Shown: piece by piece, positions 56,471 to 64,000 of the stretch | Position numbering within the stretch: position 1 is the first letter of the stretch | How the letters are laid out: each line of letters begins with the position of its first letter | NCBI GenBank assembly: GCA_965116795.1 | Contig: OZ220716.1 | Coordinates: 192,001 to 256,000 of the forward strand | Length of the DNA stretch: 64,000 nucleotides | Reading direction: 5' to 3' | Origin: Gammaproteobacteria bacterium | GTDB lineage: Bacteria; Pseudomonadota; Gammaproteobacteria; JAJFKG01 | The notes under the pieces: model-generated | Seen by the model: only the letters and a program-made list of their open reading frames with translations | Database searches by the model: none | What the model was told of the DNA's origin: nothing | Translations under genes and position numbers: made by a program

Positions 56471-57718
56471 CACTGGAAATTGATGACATAAAGCAAGTAC
56501 CTTTGTTTTGACCTTAGCAATAACATCAGCATTGTGAATATCATCCAAAATGTCACAAATCCAATCCGCTAATTGAGTTACTGCTTTCTGATTAAAGCCA
56601 CGTGTAGTAACTGCTGGTGTCCCTAAACGCAAACCACTGGTGACAAATGGAGAACGTGGCTCATTCGGCACAGTGTTTTTATTAACAGTAATGTTAGCTG
56701 CACTTAATGCCGCTTCTGCATCTTTACCAGTAATATCTTTGTTAATTAAATCTATTAAAAATAAATGATTATCCGTACCACCTGAGACAATATTAAATCC
56801 GCGATCTAACATCACAGAGACCATTGCCTTTGCATTAGTCACAACTTGCTGTTGGTATTGTTTAAATTCAGGTTGTAATGCTTCTAAGAATGCAACCGCT
56901 TTTGCAGCAATAACATGCATTAATGGCCCTCCTTGGATCCCAGGAAAAATCAGCGAATTGAATTTTTTGGTTAACTCTGAATTATCCTTAGCAAGGATAA
57001 TCCCACCACGCGGACCACGTAATGTTTTATGCGTTGTACTAGTGACAACATCAGCAAAAGGTACTGGGCTTGGATACACACCAGCAGCAACTAAACCAGC
57101 CACATGCGCCATGTCTGCTACCATATATGCACCTACTTCATCAGCAATTTGCCGAAAGCGTGCCCAATCGACTGTTAATGAATAGGCAGAAAAGCCGGTC
57201 ATGATTAATTTAGGTTTATGTTCGCGTGCCAATTGTGCAGCGTGATCATAGTCAATTTCACCGGTTGCTGGGTTTAAACCATACTGAATGGCATTGTATA
57301 ATCGACCTGACATATTCACTTTGGCACCATGAGTCAAATGCCCACCATCAACTAAACTCATACCAAGAATGGTATCACCCGGTTGCAATAACGCCATATA
57401 CACAGCTGCATTAGCTTGGCTGCCTGAATGCGGTTGTACATTAGCATACTCTGCATTAAATAATTGCTTAGCCCGTTCAATGGCTAAACTCTCGGCAACA
57501 TCCACATATTCACAACCGGCATAATAGCGTTTTCCAGGATAACCTTCAGCATATTTGTTTGTTAATACCGATCCTTGTGCAGCCAACACTCGTGGACTTG
57601 CGTAATTCTCCGATGCGATTAATTCAATGTGCTCTTCTTGTCGTTGCTCTTCTTGGCATATCGCTTGCCATAATGCATCATCGAATCCAGCAATCGTCAT
57701 CTCTTGCGTGAACATCAA
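56453..57718 (-). CDS. glyA: Serine hydroxymethyltransferase
   Basis: [34 protein letters not shown]. Confidence 0.98.
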   Translation of the reverse strand: MMFTQEMTIAGFDDALWQAICQEEQRQEEHIELIASENYASPRVLAAQGSVLTNKYAEGYPGKRYYAGCEYVDVAESLAIERAKQLFNAEYANVQPHSGSQANAAVYMALLQPGDTILGMSLVDGGHLTHGAKVNMSGRLYNAIQYGLNPATGEIDYDHAAQLAREHKPKLIMTGFSAYSLTVDWARFRQIADEVGAYMVADMAHVAGLVAAGVYPSPVPFADVVTSTTHKTLRGPRGGIILAKDNSELTKKFNSLIFPGIQGGPLMHVIAAKAVAFLEALQPEFKQYQQQVVTNAKAMVSVMLDRGFNIVSGGTDNHLFLIDLINKDITGKDAEAALSAANITVNKNTVPNEPRSPFVTSGLRLGTPAVTTRGFNQKAVTQLADWICDILDDIHNADVIAKVKTKVLALCHQFPVYTHRI

Positions 57719-57940
57719 TTACTTCTCCCATCAGCAAATAGTGTCCAACAAGGTACTTGAAAAAACCGTGATTTTCAATGTATTTTCTACTCAAAATACT
57801 CTTTAGGTACAGTGGAACCGTATTAAAATGGTACGAAGGTACAACACGTTATCAATTCACTTGCTTTTCACCAAATACTTATGGTTTGATCGGATTGTAT
57901 GCTTTGGAATTAATTGAACTTAATTACGTGAGAGAAAGTA

Positions 57941-59623
57941 ATGGCACAATACATTTATACGATGAACCAAGTCAGCAAACGGGTTGATGGGATGAAGCAT
58001 CCCATTTTAGATCGAATCAATTTATCATTTTTTCCAGGCGCCAAGATTGGTGTACTTGGACTAAATGGTGCAGGTAAATCATCACTATTAAAAATTATGG
58101 CCGGTATCGATCAAACATTTGAAGGTGAAGCACGCCCACAAACCGGGATACAAGTAGGGTATTTACCGCAAGAACCACAATTAGATCTGAAAAAAGATGT
58201 GCGTGGTAATGTAGAAGAAGGCGTTCACAAATTAAAAACACTATTAACCCGCTTTGATGAAATTAGTATGAAATTTGCTGAACCCATGGATGATGCAGCA
58301 ATGAATGCATTATTAGAAGAACAAGCCAATTTACAAAATGCAATCGATGCTGCCGGCGCCTGGGAATTAGATCGCAAATTAGATATTGCAGCAGATGCAC
58401 TGCGCTTGCCACCATGGGATGCTGATGTCACTACCCTATCTGGTGGTGAAAAACGGCGAGTTGCATTGTGTCGGTTATTACTGTCTTCACCCGATATGTT
58501 GTTACTTGATGAACCTACTAACCATCTAGATGCACAAAGCGTCGCGTGGTTAGAACAATTTTTACATGAGTTTAAAGGGACGATTGTCGCGGTAACACAT
58601 GATCGTTATTTCTTGGATAATGTTGCTGGCTGGATCTTAGAACTTGATCGTGGTTGCGGGATCCCTTACGAAGGCAATTACACAGCTTGGCTAGAGCAAA
58701 AAAGTGCGCGTCTTGAAATGGAAGAAAAACAACAAAGTGCCCATCAAAAAGCTTTGAAAAAAGAATTAGAATGGTCACGCACCTCAGCAAAAGGACGCCA
58801 TGCTAAAAGTAAAGCACGTTTAAACCAATTCGAAGAATTAAGTTCGAAAGACTTTCAAAAACGTAATGAAACCCAAGAAATCTATATTCCGCCTGGCCCA
58901 CGTCTAGGAGATATGGTCTTTGAAGTTGATAACATCACTAAACATTTTGATGACAAATTATTATTTACCGATGTTAGTTTTGTTATTCCAAAAGGAGCCA
59001 TCGTTGGGATCATTGGCGCTAATGGTACTGGGAAAACAACACTATTTAAGTTGCTCACGCAGCAACAGCAACCCGATAGTGGGACTATGCGCATGGGTGA
59101 GACTGTAGCATTATCTTATGTCGATCAAATGCGTGATCATTTACGCGACGATTGTACTGTGTGGGAAGAGATTACAGATAAGCAAGATATCTTACGCATT
59201 GGTCAATATGAAATTCCATCGCGTGCGTATGTTAGTCATTTTAATTTCAAAGGGACCGATCAGCAAAAATACATTAACGATCTTTCCGGTGGTGAACGTA
59301 ACCGCGTACATTTAGCTAAATTACTGCGTAGTGGCGGCAATGTATTAATGTTAGATGAGCCGACCAATGATCTGGATGTGGAAACTATGCGCGCACTAGA
59401 AGAAGCCTTATTAGCGTTTCCGGGTACCATTATGATTATTTCACATGACAGGTGGTTTTTAGATCGGATTTGCACACATATGATTGGTTTTGAAGGCGAT
59501 AGCCAAGTGACATTTTATCAAGGAAATTACACGGAATATGCCGCTGATTTAGCAAAGCGTACAGGAAAAGATGCTAATCAACCACATCGTGTTCGATATA
59601 AGCGTTTTGATCGCGCCGTATAA
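57941..59623 (+). CDS. ettA: ABC-F translation factor EttA
   Basis: MAQYIYTM, LSFFPGAKIGVLGLNGAGKS, two ABC domains, LSGGERNRVHLAK. Confidence 0.96.
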   Translation: MAQYIYTMNQVSKRVDGMKHPILDRINLSFFPGAKIGVLGLNGAGKSSLLKIMAGIDQTFEGEARPQTGIQVGYLPQEPQLDLKKDVRGNVEEGVHKLKTLLTRFDEISMKFAEPMDDAAMNALLEEQANLQNAIDAAGAWELDRKLDIAADALRLPPWDADVTTLSGGEKRRVALCRLLLSSPDMLLLDEPTNHLDAQSVAWLEQFLHEFKGTIVAVTHDRYFLDNVAGWILELDRGCGIPYEGNYTAWLEQKSARLEMEEKQQSAHQKALKKELEWSRTSAKGRHAKSKARLNQFEELSSKDFQKRNETQEIYIPPGPRLGDMVFEVDNITKHFDDKLLFTDVSFVIPKGAIVGIIGANGTGKTTLFKLLTQQQQPDSGTMRMGETVALSYVDQMRDHLRDDCTVWEEITDKQDILRIGQYEIPSRAYVSHFNFKGTDQQKYINDLSGGERNRVHLAKLLRSGGNVLMLDEPTNDLDVETMRALEEALLAFPGTIMIISHDRWFLDRICTHMIGFEGDSQVTFYQGNYTEYAADLAKRTGKDANQPHRVRYKRFDRAV

Positions 59624-59753
59624 CATAGACTCAAGCAATTGGATTGTAGGCTTTGTTGGCTGCATGATTTTGTCACAGTCATGTATGTCAATATACACTC
59701 CTGTGACAAAATCACTTGCCACCTCGCCTACAATCCAATTGCTTGAGTCTATG
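59624..59753 (-). repeat. Full-length ERIC-like MITE, family A, with homogenised 28-bp perfect TIR
   Basis: CATAGACTCAAGCAATTGGATTGTAGGC at both ends; core GTCATGTAT-loop-ATACACTCC; between convergent ettA and radA. Confidence 0.92.
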
Positions 59754-59785
59754 ATCAATATATCTCTTAAAATGCAAAAATATAA

Positions 59786-61141
59786 TTAACACACCAACGC
59801 CAACGCTTCACTTAATGTTTGTACGCCGTGGACTTCAATGTTATCTGGAATCATTTTCGGGACATTGGCTTTAGGGACAATCGCGCGTTTAAAACCGTGT
59901 TTTGCTGCTTCACGCAAACGCTGCTGCCCACTTTGCACTGGGCGAATTTCTCCAGCCAAACCTACTTCACCAAATATAACTAATTGATTGGATAGCACAT
60001 GATTACGCAAGCTAGATAAAATGGCAAACAACAATGCTAAATCAGATGCCGTCTCTAATACTTTCACTCCACCCACAACATTCACAAACACATCTTGATC
60101 ATAGGTTGCCACCCCACCATGGCGATGCAATACAGCTAATAACATCGCTAACCGATTTTGTTCTATCCCCACAGTCACTCGTCGTGGATTGGCTAAATGG
60201 CTTACATCAACTAATGCTTGCACTTCAACTAACATTGGACGACTACCTTCCCAAGTTGCCATCACAACACTGCCAGAAACAGGCTGAGTATAACGTGATA
60301 AAAAGATAGCGGATGGGTTAGTCACTGCCTTTAACCCTTTATCCGTCATTGCAAAAATACCTAATTCGTTGACTGCACCGAAGCGATTTTTGATTGCACG
60401 GATTAACCGAAAACGATTGTCACGTTCTCCTTCAAAGTACAACACACTATCAACCATATGCTCTAATACTCGTGGACCTGCTAATGTACCCTCCTTAGTA
60501 ACATGCCCTACCAAAAAAATCGTTGTCTGTGTTTGTTTAGCAAAACGCACCAAGCTTGCGGCACTTTCACGTAATTGACTCACCGAACCTGGTGCTGAAT
60601 TTAATGTAGGCGTAAATATCGTTTGTACTGAATCGACAACCATAATACGTGGTTTTTCTTGTTTGGCATGCTGCATAATGCTATCAACATTAGTATCAGC
60701 CAATAAACGTAATTTATCGATTGCTAATTCTAAGCGTCTTGCACGCAAACCCACTTGTTGTAACGATTCTTCACCGGTGACATATAATACTGTTTGAGCT
60801 AAGCCGAGATAAGATAATGCTTGTAGTAGTAAAGTAGATTTGCCAATGCCAGGGTCACCGCCTAGTAAAATAACTGAACCAGCAACTAAACCACCACCGA
60901 GTACCCGATCTAACTCATCCATGCCTGTTGGCATACGCTGCACATCGCCAGTCTCAACCTCGGATAACCATAATACTTGCTGCGCTGCCTCACCTGCATA
61001 GCCACGCGCAGTTGCTGCCTGTTGTTGTTCTTCTGCTAAACTGTTCCAAGCACCACAATCACTACACTGCCCTGCCCACTTAGGGGCATGTGCACCACAT
61101 TGCTGACAAACATAAATGAGTTTTGCTTTTGCGACTTTCAC
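59786..61141 (-). CDS. radA: DNA repair protein RadA/Sms
   Basis: C..CG....W.G.C..C Zn finger, GGDPGIGKSTLL, KNRFG motif. Confidence 0.97.
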   Translation of the reverse strand: MKVAKAKLIYVCQQCGAHAPKWAGQCSDCGAWNSLAEEQQQAATARGYAGEAAQQVLWLSEVETGDVQRMPTGMDELDRVLGGGLVAGSVILLGGDPGIGKSTLLLQALSYLGLAQTVLYVTGEESLQQVGLRARRLELAIDKLRLLADTNVDSIMQHAKQEKPRIMVVDSVQTIFTPTLNSAPGSVSQLRESAASLVRFAKQTQTTIFLVGHVTKEGTLAGPRVLEHMVDSVLYFEGERDNRFRLIRAIKNRFGAVNELGIFAMTDKGLKAVTNPSAIFLSRYTQPVSGSVVMATWEGSRPMLVEVQALVDVSHLANPRRVTVGIEQNRLAMLLAVLHRHGGVATYDQDVFVNVVGGVKVLETASDLALLFAILSSLRNHVLSNQLVIFGEVGLAGEIRPVQSGQQRLREAAKHGFKRAIVPKANVPKMIPDNIEVHGVQTLSEALALVC

Positions 61142-61150
61142 TGCTTTAGA

Positions 61151-61570
61151 CTACTGCCAATGGCCAACTAAATCACGACAACCGGTTGTTTGTGCGGTAT
61201 ATTGTCTACCCTGAATAACCGCGGCAATTTGATAATCACGGCATTGGATATCACCTTTTTGGAAAGTGCGATTTGGAGTGATGGTATATTGGTTACCCGA
61301 AATTGGGTTAGCCCAATTAGTGGGTTGATCATCATTTGCATTCTCTAATGCTTGATTTCTTTTAAGTTGATCAACAGGTCCCATCGACTTATTGATCTGA
61401 GTAATGGTCGAAGTAGGCTTAGATTTACGCTGAGGTGGCGCACTGTGCTGCACCTTGGTTGTCTTTTTTGATGCACTAGGAGTTGTCTTGGCCTCATTAG
61501 AGCCTGGGGCAACACAACCACTGTTAACTAACATGGCAACTATCCACACTAACCCGATAATTGTTTTCAT
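61151..61570 (-). CDS. Lipoprotein with a 17-kDa surface antigen-like (RT0821/Lpp0805) domain
   Basis: Lipobox NSGC; ALE......W.NP.SG..Y..TP, CRDY, GCR...G.WQ. Confidence 0.8.
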   Translation of the reverse strand: MKTIIGLVWIVAMLVNSGCVAPGSNEAKTTPSASKKTTKVQHSAPPQRKSKPTSTITQINKSMGPVDQLKRNQALENANDDQPTNWANPISGNQYTITPNRTFQKGDIQCRDYQIAAVIQGRQYTAQTTGCRDLVGHWQ

Positions 61571-61699
61571 TAAGACAACCTATTCACTTCATACTGGTGT
61601 GTTATCGAATTCTAGTCTAAAAAAACGAGTAAACCAAGTCGATTAATTAAAATATTATAAAAAAATATTGTAACTACTCAGTCGGTCTTTATGTTACCG

Positions 61700-61758
61700 A
61701 AAAACATCAGCTTTGAGTGGAGGTTGCCAGAAAAAATCCGCCAAAGATGGCGTTTTCC
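61700..61758. repeat. Internally deleted family C element
   Basis: AAAAACATCAGCTTTGAGTGGAGGTTGCCAGAAAA joined to ATCCGCCAAAGATGGCGTTT, as in 11342-11491. Confidence 0.85.
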
Positions 61759-61771
61759 TTAATCGCACCAT

Positions 61772-64000
61772 TTAATTAAGCCAACGCCGAGCATTGTAAA
61801 ATAAACGAAACCAAGGACTCATATCACCCCACTCCGTTGGTGCCCATGAACACTGTAACCTGCGATGCACCCGCTCTGGATGCGGCATTATGATCGTCAC
61901 CCGCCCATCTGTGGTGGTTACCCCAGCAATACCACCAGGACTACCATTCGGGTTATATGGATATTGCGTCGTCAGCATGCCATGATCATCAACATAACGC
62001 AACGCAACCAATTGATGTTGCTGTAGCTTTGTTTGATCTGTTGCATTTTCCCATTGCGCATATCCTTCTGCATGTGAGACAACAATTGGTAATACAGCAT
62101 CATCCATATCGGTTAATAAAATCGATGGTGAGTGACTGATTTTGGTTAAAATCAACCGCGCTTCATACTGCTGCGATTGATTATGCCGAAAACGTGGCCA
62201 ATGCTGTGCCCCTGGAATAATCGATTGCAATTGCGCTAGCATTTGGCACCCATTACATGCACCGAAGGTAAAGGTATTAGTCCGAGCGAAAAACGTTTGG
62301 AACTGTTCTAGCATAGCTGCATGATCTAAGATCACTCGCGCCCAGCCAACGCCCGCGCCTAATACGTCACCATAGGCAAAGCCACCACAACAAGCTAATC
62401 CATGGAAATCGGTTAAGGTTATCCGTTTTGCTAGTAAGTCCGACATGTGTACATCAACACACTCAAAACCTGCAGCGATAAATGCCGCCGCCATTTCCAT
62501 CTGACTATTCACACCTTGCTCACGCAAAATGGCTACTTTTGGTTTGTGCTGTTGATGTATGTAAGGTACACTTAATTGCTGAGAAAAATCAAATGTAGCT
62601 TGTGTTGCAGTTAGCCCATTGGCATCATCACGCAATAAATCGGCAAATTCAGTATCAGCACAATCTGGATTATCACGTAATCTTTGTAAATGATAACTCG
62701 TCTTTGCCCAACATTGCTGTAAATCACCACGTGTTTGATCATAGAGTAATGTTCCGTGTTGCAAGAAGCGAATACGTTGCTCACTGTTAACAGTACCTAA
62801 AGTATGAGTATAACGCTGCAAATCACCTAAACACGCGCGTACTGCTGCCTCATCTGCTTGTTTGATTTGTACAACCACCCCTAATTCTTCATTAAACAAA
62901 CTAGAAATAGCATTATCACCTAATACTGATAATTCAATATCAATCCCACAACGCCCAGCAAACGCCATTTCGGTTAAGGTTGCTAACAATCCACCATCAC
63001 TGCGATCATGATAACTTAATAATAATCCTTGCTGACGTAAGGTTACCAATGCATTGGTAACCTCTAATAACATTGTTGGATCATCTATATCTGGCGCATC
63101 GCAACCAATGTGATTGTACACTTGTGCTAATGCTGAACCTGCTAACCGTTGTTGTCCTTTAGCTAAATCAATCAATAATAAACTAGTCGGTTCAGCTAGT
63201 CGTTGTAATTGTGGGGTTAATGCATGATTCACATCATTAACCGGTGCAAACGCAGAAATAACAACTGACAATGGCGAACGAACATGTTGTATTTTACCTT
63301 CATTTTGCCATTTGCATTGCATTGATAATGAATCTTTACCAACAGGGATACAAATCCCTAATGCTGGACACAGTTCTAAACCAATTGCCTTCACTGCCGC
63401 ATATAACTTTGCATCTTCACCTGGCTCACCGCAGGCAGCCATCCAGTTTGCCGATAATTTAACATCGCTTAATGTGTTAATTGGTGCACTTAATAAATTG
63501 GTAATCGCTTCACCGACTGCCATACGTGCACTGGCAGCAGCATCGATCAGTGCTAATAGTGGTCGCTCACCAACTGCCATTGCTTCACCACAAGCTTGTT
63601 CAAAATCAGCTAAGGTAATTGCACAATCGGCAACTGGCACTTGCCAAGGCCCAACCAGTTGATCACGATGAGTTAACCCACCCACACTTCTATCACCGAT
63701 CGTAATTAAAAATTGTTTACTGGCAACACTAGGCAATTGCAATACACGTTCAATTGCATCTGCCAAATCGATATGTTTTATATCAATTGGCGGATAAGTA
63801 TGATGAACTGTTGTCACATTGCGCGACATTGCTGGCGTTTTACCAAATAACAATAACATGGGTAAATCAATTGGATTATTGGTAAAATGCGGATCGCTGA
63901 CAGTTAATTGTGGGGTTAATTGCACTTGCCCGACAACAGCATGTGGGCACCGTTCACGTGCAGCAATGTCAGCAAACTGTTGTTGCTTATTTGGATGAAT
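61772..64000 (-). CDS. purL: Phosphoribosylformylglycinamidine synthase (large PurL), 5' part outside the window
   Basis: KQFLITIGDRSVGG, PVGKDSLSM, YHDRSDGGL, LREQGVNS, GACNGCQM, MPHPER. Confidence 0.97.
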   Translation of the reverse strand: MHPNKQQQFADIAARERCPHAVVGQVQLTPQLTVSDPHFTNNPIDLPMLLLFGKTPAMSRNVTTVHHTYPPIDIKHIDLADAIERVLQLPSVASKQFLITIGDRSVGGLTHRDQLVGPWQVPVADCAITLADFEQACGEAMAVGERPLLALIDAAASARMAVGEAITNLLSAPINTLSDVKLSANWMAACGEPGEDAKLYAAVKAIGLELCPALGICIPVGKDSLSMQCKWQNEGKIQHVRSPLSVVISAFAPVNDVNHALTPQLQRLAEPTSLLLIDLAKGQQRLAGSALAQVYNHIGCDAPDIDDPTMLLEVTNALVTLRQQGLLLSYHDRSDGGLLATLTEMAFAGRCGIDIELSVLGDNAISSLFNEELGVVVQIKQADEAAVRACLGDLQRYTHTLGTVNSEQRIRFLQHGTLLYDQTRGDLQQCWAKTSYHLQRLRDNPDCADTEFADLLRDDANGLTATQATFDFSQQLSVPYIHQQHKPKVAILREQGVNSQMEMAAAFIAAGFECVDVHMSDLLAKRITLTDFHGLACCGGFAYGDVLGAGVGWARVILDHAAMLEQFQTFFARTNTFTFGACNGCQMLAQLQSIIPGAQHWPRFRHNQSQQYEARLILTKISHSPSILLTDMDDAVLPIVVSHAEGYAQWENATDQTKLQQHQLVALRYVDDHGMLTTQYPYNPNGSPGGIAGVTTTDGRVTIIMPHPERVHRRLQCSWAPTEWGDMSPWFRLFYNARRWLN

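Noticed and set aside
59549-59789. Overlapping ORFs on both strands with mirrored peptides (IDSSNWIVG / PTIQLLESM)
   Set aside because: Artefact of the palindromic element at 59624-59753

Overview
Chromosomal window of an AT-rich gammaproteobacterium. The gene order (metG-rsxB-nth, glyA-nrdR-nusB, mreBCD-yhdP, rplM-rpsI next to zapE/zapG/degQ) and effector-like orphans suggest a Coxiellales/Legionellales-type organism (inference). Most of the window is housekeeping genes: purM/purN, ihfB, dcd, apbC, pdxST, metG, nth, rpsI/rplM, bamD/rluD/pgeF, degQ, the rpoN-hpf-ptsN-HPr operon, kdsD-kdsC-lptC-lptB, mlaFEDCB-murA, pmbA/tldD, upp, gatCAB, mreBCD, yhdP, pgpA/nusB/nrdR/glyA, ettA, radA and a partial purL. 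There is one intact IS982 with TIRs and a target duplication. The most distinctive signal is a dense set of short palindromic elements (about 16 copies or fragments in about 6 families). They include ERIC/IRU-like and Correia-like MITEs and CGTC-type REPs. These elements nest inside one another and show arm homogenisation. They encode the last codons and stop of nusB, glyA (both end YTHRI*) and mreC (YTLRN*), and they sit exactly where lptA and thiL are normally found. Other notable items are a candidate LvgA-like Dot/Icm adaptor, an orphan TrfA-like initiator, a probable non-canonical ATC start for mreC, tandem atypical kinase-fold paralogues and several effector-like orphan genes. All family assignments come from motif recognition by eye; no database search was run.
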